Shown: one piece after another, positions 55,133 to 64,000 of the stretch
How the letters are laid out: each line of letters opens with the position of its first letter
How positions within the stretch are numbered: position 1 is the first letter of the stretch
Assembly: GCA_965225995.1 (NCBI GenBank)
Contig: CBDDCF010000030.1
Coordinates: forward strand, 36,101 to 100,100
Direction: 5' to 3'
From: Acidobacteriota bacterium
GTDB lineage: Bacteria; Acidobacteriota; UBA6911; RPQK01; CBDDCF01
Length of the DNA: 64,000 nucleotides
Notes under the pieces: generated by a model
Told to the model about the DNA's origin: nothing
What the model saw: the letters and a program-made list of their open reading frames with translations, nothing else
The model's database searches: none
Translations under genes and position numbers: made by a program

Positions 55133-56902
55133 ATGATGCAACGTGGACTGTCAATACTCGTACTGCTCTGGGGGATCTCTTGTGGTTCGGGTTTGCCGAC
55201 TGATTCACCGAGGGACGATTCCCTGCAAACTTTGCTCGACGAAGCCTGGGAATTCCGGCTCCGCGAGGACCCTGTTTTTGCGACATCTATAGGCCGCCAT
55301 GAATACGACGACCGGCTGGCTTCTGTCGCCTTGTCAGACTTGGAGCGGCGGGTGCTGTTCTGGCGAGATATCTTGTTGCGTCTGGAAGACTTCGATGGCG
55401 ACGGCTCACTCTCGGACGCTGCTCGTCTCAACTACGATTTGTTCCGGCGCCAGGTCGAAGATCGGATCCAGTCGTTTGAGTTCAAAGAGTACCTGATGCC
55501 CTTGACCGCCGAGGCGGGATTCCACACCCGCTTCGCTTTTCTCCCCCAGAACATGCCGTTTCAAACGACCCACGATTACCAGAGCTACATATCCCGTCTG
55601 GAAGCCTTCGGAGAGTTGACCGATCAGCACATCGTTCACCTGACGACCGCCGTTGAGGAAGGCTATGCGTTGCCGCGAGAGGTGTTGGATGGGTACGAAG
55701 GGACCATCCAATCCCATGTGGTTTCGAACATCGACGAGAGCGTCTTCATGGCCCCCTTTCAGAGTTTTCCCGATGGAGTTTCCGAAGCGGATCGAACGGC
55801 TCTGGTTGAGCAAGGGCGGCACGCTGTCTCGACCGCGGTTATTCCAGCTTACCAGCGTTTTTTGGAGTTCTTCCTGAATCGCTATCGGCCGGAGTCCCGC
55901 CAGAGTCTGGGGGCATCCGAGCTTCCCAACGGCGATGCCTATTACCGTTACTTGATCCGCCTCCACACGACGTTGGATTTGAATGCCGAAGAAGTGCACC
56001 AACTCGGGCTCCAAGAAGTTTCTCGACTCCAGAGTGAGATGGGGCAGGTGATTGTCAAGGTTGGGTTCCGAGGGGATCTACAAGCTTTCATCCGCTCTCT
56101 CCGCACCGATCCCCGTTTTTACGCCCAGACAGGCGAGCAGCTTCTCAAGGAGGCAGCCTGGATAGCCAAGACGATGGACGGCAAACTCCCTGCTCTGTTC
56201 AAGACCCTCCCGAGGCGGCCTTACACGGTCGAGCCCGTGCCCGATCATATCGCCCCCAAATACACGGCTGGCCGCTACGTTGGAGCTCCCCAGGGCAGCA
56301 CGCGGCCAGGAATCTACTGGGTCAACACCTACTCTCTGGAAAGTCGCCCTCTCTATTCATTGACGGCTCTCACCCTGCACGAAGCTGTTCCTGGTCATCA
56401 CCTGCAGAACGCGCTCCGTCAGGAGCTCGAAAGCCTTCCTGATTTTCGGCGTTACTCCGGGGTCAATGCCTACGGCGAGGGATGGGGGCTCTATTCCGAA
56501 TGGCTGGGACTGGAAGCCGGCTTCTATACTGATCCTTACGACAATTTCGGTCGGCTCACCTACGAGATGTGGAGGGCTTGCCGGCTGGTGGTCGATACCG
56601 GTCTGCATTCCAAGGGTTGGAGTCGCCAACAAGCGATTGACTTCATGGCTGCGAATACGGCGCTATCTCTGCACGAGATTGGGACGGAGACGGATCGATA
56701 TATCTCCTGGCCGGGTCAGGCGCTGGCCTACAAGATGGGCGAGATCAAGATCAAAGAACTCCGCCGGAGAGCGGAGGCCGCCCTGCAGTCAGACTTTGAC
56801 GTGCGCGAGTTCCATGACGAGATCCTCCGCCACGGACCGCTTCCTCTCACGCAATTGGAAAACCAGATAGAACGTTGGATCGAGGAGACCGCCGCCCGCT
56901 GA
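55133..56902 (+). CDS. DUF885-family lipoprotein (putative metallopeptidase-like)
   Basis: Lipobox LLWGISCGSG; conserved LHEAVPGHHLQ motif, characteristic of DUF885. Confidence 0.7.
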   Translation: MMQRGLSILVLLWGISCGSGLPTDSPRDDSLQTLLDEAWEFRLREDPVFATSIGRHEYDDRLASVALSDLERRVLFWRDILLRLEDFDGDGSLSDAARLNYDLFRRQVEDRIQSFEFKEYLMPLTAEAGFHTRFAFLPQNMPFQTTHDYQSYISRLEAFGELTDQHIVHLTTAVEEGYALPREVLDGYEGTIQSHVVSNIDESVFMAPFQSFPDGVSEADRTALVEQGRHAVSTAVIPAYQRFLEFFLNRYRPESRQSLGASELPNGDAYYRYLIRLHTTLDLNAEEVHQLGLQEVSRLQSEMGQVIVKVGFRGDLQAFIRSLRTDPRFYAQTGEQLLKEAAWIAKTMDGKLPALFKTLPRRPYTVEPVPDHIAPKYTAGRYVGAPQGSTRPGIYWVNTYSLESRPLYSLTALTLHEAVPGHHLQNALRQELESLPDFRRYSGVNAYGEGWGLYSEWLGLEAGFYTDPYDNFGRLTYEMWRACRLVVDTGLHSKGWSRQQAIDFMAANTALSLHEIGTETDRYISWPGQALAYKMGEIKIKELRRRAEAALQSDFDVREFHDEILRHGPLPLTQLENQIERWIEETAAR

Positions 56903-57260
56903 GGCTCCCTGAGACAGCTGCGACGCTTGATCTCGGTTGTCAACGACAGCTCCAGACTCGCTTCGCACCCATCTGCTTTGCCTCTTGCGATGCAAGTCTT
57001 GCTTTGTAGGAGTGAGATGTGCTGACGAACTCCGCTTTCCTGGAAGGAGAGCTGGAGGAAGAATGCTCGGGGTATGAGGGCGGCTGGCGCCCAGGCCTGC
57101 TGGCTGGGGCGGAGCCGTGTAAGGATGACCTCCCAGGATGTCATCCGGAATCAATCTCATCCACCCGACTTCGCTGTCAGCCAGCGGTGCTCTCGCAAAA
57201 TCAACAAACCGAGGGCGATCCAGAGAGTAATCAGCAGAAGATTCCCGATCGCAAACCCCG

Positions 57261-58496
57261 TCACTTGCAAAGGCAGGACCTGCGTCCCCAGGTACACGAA
57301 CAGGCGGAGAGGACATCCCCAGCCCGTACAAAGAATGTGTCCAGCGCCTGCTTGGCCTTATACTTTTCCTCTCTCGTGGTGGGTAGCCAAAGCAGATGGC
57401 GGGCCGTGTTCATGATCGAGTAGTCACTCGAATTCTCAGCCGACTTGGCCCATCGGATGATGGAAAACCCCACTCCAGCGGCAATCACCCCATAGGCTCC
57501 AAGTGCGATCACCGGAAGGGCCAGTAGTACGCCTGCCAGGCTGGCATACTTGACCAGGCGGGAAACCAGGAAGGCCTGAATGGTCACTGCCATGATGTTG
57601 ACCCAGAAGAAGAAGTTCCCATAGAAGGCGCCTATGAACGCCCCTACGTCGAGAGCTGGATTGGAGGCTTGCAGAGCAGCAGCCTGCCGGGTCACCATCT
57701 CGGCTAGGATGTATTCGCCGGTGGTATTGACGAGGTTGAGGAGGATTAACAAGAGAGCAATCAGCGAAATGTAGCGGCTCTTGAAGACCAGCGCGAAACC
57801 GTTTCCTGGAGCCAGCACCTTGTGAGCCGGAGCCGAAGCTCGCGGGTTTCGTTCTTCGCGCCGATCGATGAGTAAGTACAGACCCACCGTGACGAGCAAA
57901 ATAGCGGCTGATAGGTGCATCATCAAAGCTGGCCGGATCCCCGATTCGAAGAGTTTGCTAGCCAGGAAAGCACCCACCGGAGCCCCTGCAGTCAGACCGA
58001 CTCCGATGATTGGGAAGAGCCGATTCCCAGCTCCTTCGCTGTAGATGTCGTTGGCGTAAGACCAGAACTGGGCGATGATGGCCAGGCTGAAGAATCCCAC
58101 CCAGATGAAGAACATCGTTCCCACATAGGGGACGCCGGCAGAGACCGCCAGGGCAAACATTTCAATATTGATGAGGAAGAAAAGAGTCACTCCAAGGATC
58201 AGCTTCATGCGATCGACCCGCGAGGCGAACCAGCTATAAGCCGGAATGAATGCCATCAAGATGAGGGCCTGGCTGGCTGCCGCATAAGACTTTCCGATCG
58301 CACCACCCTCGAGCAGAATGAGCGGTTCCCGCAGGGTCTTGAGAATGTAATAACAGACCAGAACAAGAAAGATGTTGGAAGACATCAGGAGGACCGTTCT
58401 CGACTCTCCTGCCTGAACCTCGCTGAAGACCGCCAACAGACGGGAGAGAATTCCTCGGCGCTCCGGATCATCCCGTGAAATCTGGGAAGTGTCCAT
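57261..58496 (-). CDS. TLC/NTT-like nucleotide (ATP/ADP) transporter family membrane protein; C-terminus possibly truncated
   Basis: 10-11 predicted TM helices. N-terminal region (LLMSSNIFLVLVCYYILKTLREPLIL) resembles the first TM/K-x-x-L(R/K)D motif of Tlc/Npt proteins. Confidence 0.45.
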   Translation of the reverse strand: MDTSQISRDDPERRGILSRLLAVFSEVQAGESRTVLLMSSNIFLVLVCYYILKTLREPLILLEGGAIGKSYAAASQALILMAFIPAYSWFASRVDRMKLILGVTLFFLINIEMFALAVSAGVPYVGTMFFIWVGFFSLAIIAQFWSYANDIYSEGAGNRLFPIIGVGLTAGAPVGAFLASKLFESGIRPALMMHLSAAILLVTVGLYLLIDRREERNPRASAPAHKVLAPGNGFALVFKSRYISLIALLLILLNLVNTTGEYILAEMVTRQAAALQASNPALDVGAFIGAFYGNFFFWVNIMAVTIQAFLVSRLVKYASLAGVLLALPVIALGAYGVIAAGVGFSIIRWAKSAENSSDYSIMNTARHLLWLPTTREEKYKAKQALDTFFVRAGDVLSACSCTWGRRSCLCK

Positions 58497-58597
58497 TAAC
58501 CTCTCATTTCTCGGAGTGGAAAGTATCCCGAGTATGCGGGGAAGGCGCCAAGTACACAAGACGGAGTGCTTGCCGTGCCGCCCTACGTTTGGCTACT

Positions 58598-60252
58598 CTA
58601 GCCCGGATTATGCAAGAACCGTAGGCCGGAGTTGAAAAGAGAGTCGAAAGTGGCCTAAATCGGGAGATCGAAGGTGCGACAGGCGGATTTTCGAGGGATC
58701 TCTGTGGACGAGCCGTGTGGAGTAGGTGGGGGAGTGAATTTCAGACGGAGTTGGGCCTGAATGAGTGTCCTAAACGATCATTCGGGAGCTAGGAGAGGCT
58801 AGCTGGAGTTAAGGCGATTCAAGACGAGGAGGAAAAGGGCCTGCTCCGGAAAGCCGGAGGAAAGATGGGCCCAGATGCGTCGAGTGGTTTGTCGAACCCG
58901 CGCCCCAATTTTGAGGACCCGGCGACGCAAAGTTTCGATTTCGAGTTTCTGCCAGGGGGTTCCATACAGATAATCGCGGAGTCGGACGAACATCTGGTAA
59001 GCCAGCCCATGCAGGAGAAGTCGAAACTGGTTGGCCAGGAATCGATGACAGCTCAGCCGATCCATACTCAGATGGTTCTTAAAAGCCTTGATGAAGTTCT
59101 CCGACTGTCCTCGATCGGTGTAGTGATCATAAAGGGACTGGGAAGAGAGATCGTCTCGGTTGGTGACCACAAAGCGACGATTGATCCCCCGATGGTCGAC
59201 TTCCACTTTGACGATGACGCGACGGAATCGATCCCAGCTGCTGGCTCGATAAAGAAACTCGTCAAACTGACGCTGTTTTTCCTCGAACTCGTCGAACCTG
59301 AGTCGAGTCGACTCGAGCATCGGCTCGACCATCCGTTGCCGGCGGGGGTTCCGGCTTAACCCAATGACATATTGGAGTTTGTTCTCTTCAGATTCACAGA
59401 ACTCGTAGAGCCGAGGCGTGGCAAAGCCGCTGTCGGCCCGGATCTCAATTTGAAGTTCCTTGCCAACTTCTCGTCGAATGGCTTTCACGATTCGTTTCAG
59501 AATAGGAACGATGTGAGAGGCAGCCCCCTTGTTTCCAGGCCTCAATACGACAGTGACCAGGTCCCCCGTAACGGCATCGAAGATCAGCCAAGGATGCAGA
59601 ATGTGGTTTCGGTAATAGCCGTGGTAAAAAGAGAATTCCTGTTGGCCGTGAGTGTGGTCGTCAGTACTGTCCAGGTCCAAGATGACCGGGTCGGGGCGTC
59701 TCTTCTTCAGCGAGCGGACATAACGCTGTAGGAACCCCCGGCTCAGACGCATGAGATCCTTCTTGCTGACAGAGTTTTCCAAACGGGAAAAAGTTGCCTG
59801 GGTGGCCAAGTCAGGATCGCTCTCAGGTAACTGATCACAGACGGTCTTGAGCATGGGATCCGAGCGCAGCGTGTCCGCGTCATTGCAGTCTTCGTACCCG
59901 GCAACGATCTGAAAGACTCGTTGTCGGATCAGCTGTAACTGCTCATGACGAACGTAGCGTTGGTCCCGGCTATCCGCAATACACGAACTGAAGTCCTCGC
60001 AGAGTCGATCTTGCCGATCCAGGGAACCAAACAACAGCCATCCGGCATCGGAAGTCAGGTTCCCACCATCAAAACGAGCCGTGATTTGTGTGTGCGAGTG
60101 AAATGCCAGGGTGGTCTGACAGACTGGGTTTGACATTGCCGTAGTTCTCCGATAAGGATTTGTTTAATAAACCCTTTTATATCAGAGAGATACGGCATTT
60201 TTTCTGGTCCCCAATCCACTCGAATCCGGATCTCTTGCATAATCCGGGCTAG
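58598..60252 (-). mobile_element. IS1380/IS4-like insertion sequence (1655 bp) with perfect 20-bp terminal inverted repeats
   Basis: CTAGCCCGGATTATGCAAGA at 58598-58617 and its exact reverse complement at 60233-60252. If CTAG is the target duplication, the TIR is the 16 bp beginning with CC. Confidence 0.75.
58799..60136 (-). CDS. DDE transposase (IS1380/IS4-like, DDE_Tnp_1)
   Basis: 445 aa; DLDSTDDHTHG and DSGF acidic motifs. Confidence 0.75.
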   Translation of the reverse strand: MSNPVCQTTLAFHSHTQITARFDGGNLTSDAGWLLFGSLDRQDRLCEDFSSCIADSRDQRYVRHEQLQLIRQRVFQIVAGYEDCNDADTLRSDPMLKTVCDQLPESDPDLATQATFSRLENSVSKKDLMRLSRGFLQRYVRSLKKRRPDPVILDLDSTDDHTHGQQEFSFYHGYYRNHILHPWLIFDAVTGDLVTVVLRPGNKGAASHIVPILKRIVKAIRREVGKELQIEIRADSGFATPRLYEFCESEENKLQYVIGLSRNPRRQRMVEPMLESTRLRFDEFEEKQRQFDEFLYRASSWDRFRRVIVKVEVDHRGINRRFVVTNRDDLSSQSLYDHYTDRGQSENFIKAFKNHLSMDRLSCHRFLANQFRLLLHGLAYQMFVRLRDYLYGTPWQKLEIETLRRRVLKIGARVRQTTRRIWAHLSSGFPEQALFLLVLNRLNSS

Positions 60253-60706
60253 AACACGATACAGGCGATTCTCAACCGTTTCCCTGGAAGGATAGCTGTC
60301 GGGGGCCACATCAAAAGCGGCCACTCAGGGCCGGGTCAAAACCGGCCAGTGATCTAGTAGTTATATCCTCGCCTTGAACACATTTCAATCCTTGTGAAGG
60401 CCTCCGTGAGGAGGCTGTACGGCCTGCTGGTCGGGGTGGGTTTGCTGTGAGCCCGTGAGCAGGGCGTTCGTTGACCGGTTCGGCCGGTTCTTGGACCGCG
60501 AAGCTGGTCGATCCGGAATCTTCTTTCTTGTTGGTATGTCCAGTAGCAGAAGCGGTGCGTAACTGTGGGAAACGAGCGAGCACCGCGAGCCGTTTTCCAA
60601 GCGCTGTGGGAACGGTGGAAGAACCGATGCATGGGCCAGCTTCTCGATGTGACCGTTCTCCACGGTTTCCATAGCGCGGCAGTTTCCACGGCTTTCCGGT
60701 TCCGGA

Positions 60707-61480
60707 TCATTTCTTTTCTCCTCGCTTCTTGGTCGACTTCTCCCGTTGTTGACGTTCGTAGAGGCGATAGCTCTTGCCTCGAATGAAGGTCACCTCCGAA
60801 ACGTGTAGAAAACGATCCAGCAGCGCAGAGGTGGCCGCCGTGTCTCCTCCCAGCATCGCTCCCCAGTCCTCGAGTGGTCGGTTCGAACTGATAATGGTCG
60901 AGGTCTTCTGGTAGCGGCGATGCAGGATCTCCAGCAGATCTTCAGCCGCCGAGTCGGGCACTCTCCGAAGTCCCAGATCCTCGATGATCAGCAGCGGGAT
61001 CCGGGTCATCTCTGCAATGTAGGGTCGGCGCATCCCGGTGGCAGTGGCTTCAGCGATGTCCTCGAGCAGATCGAAAGCCGACTTGTACTGTACCCGGTGA
61101 CCCGCTTCCACAGCCTTGATTGCCACCGTGATGATCAGATGTGTTTTGCCGACTCCCGCCTGACCGATGACCAACCAGCCGCGACACTGTTCGATGAATC
61201 GGCAAGTGGCCAGATCAAAGATCTGCTGCCGATTGATCGAGGTGTTGAAAGAGAACCTGAAGTCCTCCAAGAGTTTGCGTTCCGGGAACTGGGCCTGGCG
61301 GAGACATCGCTCCAGCAAACGGTCGCGCCGGCGGGTGAGTTCGTCGTCGATGAGCAGCTCAAAGAACTCCTGATGAGAGAGACGGCCCTGGATGGCTTGT
61401 TGCAGCCGTACGTCAAAGACCTGGGCCAGGCCCGAGAGCCTGAGGTGGCGAAGTTTCCGTTCCAGTTCCAATGAGATCAT
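60707..61480 (-). CDS. istB: IS21-family helper ATPase IstB
   Basis: Walker A GQAGVGKTHL, Walker B LLIIEDLG. Confidence 0.9.
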   Translation of the reverse strand: MISLELERKLRHLRLSGLAQVFDVRLQQAIQGRLSHQEFFELLIDDELTRRRDRLLERCLRQAQFPERKLLEDFRFSFNTSINRQQIFDLATCRFIEQCRGWLVIGQAGVGKTHLIITVAIKAVEAGHRVQYKSAFDLLEDIAEATATGMRRPYIAEMTRIPLLIIEDLGLRRVPDSAAEDLLEILHRRYQKTSTIISSNRPLEDWGAMLGGDTAATSALLDRFLHVSEVTFIRGKSYRLYERQQREKSTKKRGEKK

Positions 61481-62973
61481 TCCGGGTCTCCTGAGCGGGG
61501 AGTGAGTTGGTACTCAGACAGCGGCCGAATCAACTCGTGGTCGGAGGTGAATAGAGAGCGTTGCGGCACGTCTAGTCGCTTGCATAAAGCCACCAGGGTC
61601 CGATAGCGGAAGGCATCGTGAGAGAGAGCCTTGGCACAGGCTTCATTGACGACCGTGGCCGGGTAGCGTCGGGTCAAAGAGATCATGCCTCTCAGGAGCC
61701 GGTAGGCCAACACGTCGCGCACCTCCAGGGCTCGCACTGCCCAGCGGTGAGCATCAGAGCCAATCCTGCGGGCTTGCCCGAGCAGCTGACTCTCAGTTCG
61801 ATAATGAGCGTAGCGTTTGCGTTCCGGAAGATGTGTGGGTTCGGTCTGGAACTGGCCGGGTTTCCGCTTGGGATGCAGGACGACTTGCTGCTCTCGGAAA
61901 AAGACTCGGACGATCCGGTCATCCCAGTGCACAGCCACTTCACAGCCAAGCAGATGATTGGGTACCGAGTAGAAGGCTCGATCGACTTCGATGTGGCCAT
62001 CCACGGAGACCGTGCGACGGCCGGTACGGAAGAAACTGAAGCGGGAGTCGGGTAGAGGTCGAAGACCCTTCTGTTCCTCCAGGAATCGGGGCCAGACCTG
62101 CTGTTTGGTGGTGCCGTGGATGCGCTGTCGGGCGACCCGCTCGTTCCAGTTCCGTAGATGCTCATTCTGCTCGGCCAGACTCTCGAACCGTCTGCCCTTC
62201 AGGGCACTGGACTTTGTATATCCGATCGTCCTTTCGACTTTTCCATTCTCATTTGGAGAGCCAGGATGGATGGGAATGATGGCAAAACTATAGTGACGGC
62301 CCAGCGCACTGAAAACGGCGTTGATCTCGGGATCGACAAAGCAGGCTCGCGTGACTCCGGCCTTCAGGTTATCCAAGCGAACCACGTCTACCGAGCCACC
62401 AAACCAGTGGAAGGCATTCTCGACACAACGGACGAAGGTCTCCAGATCCTGCCGCCAGACGACCTCCTCATACGAGTGGCGGGAATAACACAGCACTGCC
62501 TTGAACAGGTGGGGGCGACGGTACCGGCCCGATTCGGTTTGTGTCAGAGCTGCTTTGCCAAAGTCCACCTGCATGTCCCGACCGGGTGGAGTTTCCACCC
62601 GAGCGAAGACTCGTGGACTCTCGGCTTTGAGCTTTCTGCAAAACCGTTTGACGGAGTTATACGCTCCATCGAAGCCATGCTCCAAAACCAGGTCTTGCCA
62701 GATCCGCTTGGCATGCAACCCCAGCTCAAGCTTCTTCTGGATTTCCTCCCGAAAAGGCTCACACGAGCTGCGCCGACCCGGGGGCCGCTTTGGCCGCTTT
62801 TGCTCACCCGAGCCGGGGGCCACTTTGGCCGGTTTTGAATCTCGGGCCGGATCATGTCGGGCTACAGTCTCTCGACGAACTCCTGTTTCTCGCTCGATCC
62901 GCCGATACGACCAGCCCAGCTTCAATAGCGCCACAACCGTTTGTTTCTTCTCCATTTTCAGTACATTGACCAT
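61477..62973 (-). CDS. istA: IS21-family transposase IstA
   Basis: HTH + DDE integrase core, 498 aa, 4-bp overlap with istB. Confidence 0.9.
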   Translation of the reverse strand: MVNVLKMEKKQTVVALLKLGWSYRRIERETGVRRETVARHDPARDSKPAKVAPGSGEQKRPKRPPGRRSSCEPFREEIQKKLELGLHAKRIWQDLVLEHGFDGAYNSVKRFCRKLKAESPRVFARVETPPGRDMQVDFGKAALTQTESGRYRRPHLFKAVLCYSRHSYEEVVWRQDLETFVRCVENAFHWFGGSVDVVRLDNLKAGVTRACFVDPEINAVFSALGRHYSFAIIPIHPGSPNENGKVERTIGYTKSSALKGRRFESLAEQNEHLRNWNERVARQRIHGTTKQQVWPRFLEEQKGLRPLPDSRFSFFRTGRRTVSVDGHIEVDRAFYSVPNHLLGCEVAVHWDDRIVRVFFREQQVVLHPKRKPGQFQTEPTHLPERKRYAHYRTESQLLGQARRIGSDAHRWAVRALEVRDVLAYRLLRGMISLTRRYPATVVNEACAKALSHDAFRYRTLVALCKRLDVPQRSLFTSDHELIRPLSEYQLTPRSGDPE

Positions 62974-63068
62974 CGGCGCATCCTACGAGGGATGCAGCTC
63001 TCAATGGCTCCTGAAAATGGCCGGTTTTGAAGTGGCCCTCACTGGCCGCTTTTGGGTGGCCCCTGACA

Positions 63069-63595
63069 TCCACGGATAGAACCAGCGCATTGTCGGGCGG
63101 ATCCATATACAGCCCCACCACATCGATTACCTTTTCGGCGAAGTGAGGATCGTTGCTGATTTTAAAGTTACGGACTCGATGCGGCTTCAGGTCGGCTGCC
63201 TTCCAGATCTGGGCGACTTGATGTTTGCTCACTCCGGAGTGTTCGGCCATCAGTCGCACACTCCAGTAGGTCGATTCCCGTGGGATGCGTTCAACGGTGG
63301 CTTTGAGAATAGCTCGCACATTGGCATGCGATAGCTTCCGCGGAGGGCCCGATCGAGGTCGATCCTCCAGTCCTGACACTCCCTGCTCAAGATAGCGCCT
63401 GCGCCACATTTGCACACTCAGTAGCCGCTTGGAGAGCCTTTCCGAAACTTCAGTCGCCGTCAGCCCCTGGCCGCAAGCCAGAATTATTTGAGCCCGTTCG
63501 GCCAAGACTCGATCGGTCTTGGAAGCCCGCAACCAGGACTCCAGTATTCTTCGATCTTGTTCGGGTAGCTTTAGTCGAATGTGGGGTCTTGCCAT
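63069..63595 (-). pseudogene. IS630 transposase, N-terminal ~175 codons only
   Basis: MARPHIRLKLPEQDRRILESWL...PPDNALVLSVD, then the sequence diverges at the IS21 junction. Confidence 0.7.
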
Positions 63596-63653
63596 GCCCA
63601 ACAATAGCAAACTACCCTGACATTTAACATCGGGAACTTTCCGGACAGTGCAC
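63069..63653 (-). mobile_element. Truncated second copy of the IS630-family element (right half only)
   Basis: 63073-63653 is ~98% identical to 20010-20593, including the terminal repeat CGGACAGTGCAC at 63641-63653. The IS21 insertion ends at 63068. Confidence 0.75.
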
Positions 63654-63763
63654 TGGGCACCGACAACGAGGCCAAGTGGCAATCAGTTTCCAGTTTCGGA
63701 GACTTGACTCGGCTGTAAGCAAGTTGCAAGGGAGAGGTGCCTAGGACCTGTTATCATTCGGCT

Positions 63764-64000
63764 ATGCTGAAGGTGGGTCTCACGGGCGGAATTGCGTGTG
63801 GCAAGAGCTTTGCCCGCAAGGAGTTTCAGAAGCTTGGCGTACATGGAATCGACTCCGATCGCATCGGGCACGAGGTGATCGGCAAGGATGGCTCTGCTTT
63901 CCAAGCCGTGGTTGAGGAATTCGGAGCCTCAATTCTGGATGCTTCCGGCGGCATAGATCGCCGTAAATTGGGAGTCCTTGTCTTTGGCGATGATGCGTTA
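63764..64000 (+). CDS. coaE: Dephospho-CoA kinase (CoaE), 3'-partial at window end
   Basis: MLKVGLTGGIACGKSFARKEFQKLGVHGIDSDRIGHEV... P-loop GLTGGIACGKS, typical of CoaE. No stop before the window end. Confidence 0.6.
   Translation, partial: MLKVGLTGGIACGKSFARKEFQKLGVHGIDSDRIGHEVIGKDGSAFQAVVEEFGASILDASGGIDRRKLGVLVFGDDAL

Larger units (their letters stand above)
60297..63068 (-). mobile_element. IS21-family insertion sequence #2 (2772 bp) with TGTC...GACA termini and ~50-bp imperfect terminal inverted repeats carrying internal GGCCGGTTTTGA / GGCCGCTTTTG repeats
   Basis: Left TGTCGGGGGCCACATCAAAAGCGGCC... at 60297. Right ...GGCCGCTTTTGGGTGGCCCCTGACA ends at 63068. istAB inside. Confidence 0.75.

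Noticed and set aside
60137-60296. Missing left half of the second IS630 copy between the IS1380-like and IS21 elements
   Set aside because: The sequence 60137-60296 shows no similarity to 19430-20010, so the half-element is absent rather than displaced.

Overview
This 64-kb window is GC-rich (~60%) bacterial chromosomal DNA, probably from an Acidobacteria-like genome. The main evidence is two tandem PadR–'ADOP' (duplicated FtsX-like permease) modules.

Housekeeping genes I can support:
- 5'-truncated PEP-protein phosphotransferase (Enzyme I/PtsP-like), hflX, a topoisomerase IV-like parE/parC pair, glycerate kinase, and an AmiC-like amidase.
- ribA, recG, rsmD, bcp, an M28 peptidase, proline dehydrogenase, aspS, hisS, a MoeB–rhodanese fusion, and the 5' end of coaE.

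Accessory genes include:
- a FecR-domain, Trp-rich secreted protein with an Arg/Ser/Pro-rich tandem-repeat tail;
- an alkyl-DHAP synthase plus SDR pair, suggesting ether-lipid biosynthesis;
- a DEP-domain::flavoprotein disulfide reductase next to a split ComDE-like TPP decarboxylase;
- a TLC/NTT-like nucleotide transporter.

The window is rich in mobile DNA:
- an IS21-family element (istAB) apparently interrupting a Spy/CpxP-like gene;
- an intact IS630-family element with TA duplication, inserted 27 bp upstream of the amidase start codon;
- a nested cluster at the 3' end: an IS1380/IS4-like element with perfect 20-bp terminal inverted repeats, and a second IS21 element whose TGTC...GACA ends are inserted into a truncated second IS630 copy.

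Several short repeat families are also present:
- ~50-bp MITE-like elements whose ends resemble the IS1380-like terminal repeats;
- a ~265-bp structured repeat with compensatory hairpin changes between copies;
- CTCCCAA-type giant hairpins;
- two ~45–80-bp dispersed repeats.

Five genes carry frameshifts: the FecR-like gene, aspS, hisS and one ADOP permease, and the first three I could localise fall at short G/C/T homopolymers. That pattern may reflect indel errors in the assembly rather than real pseudogenes. No rRNA, tRNA or CRISPR array was recognised.
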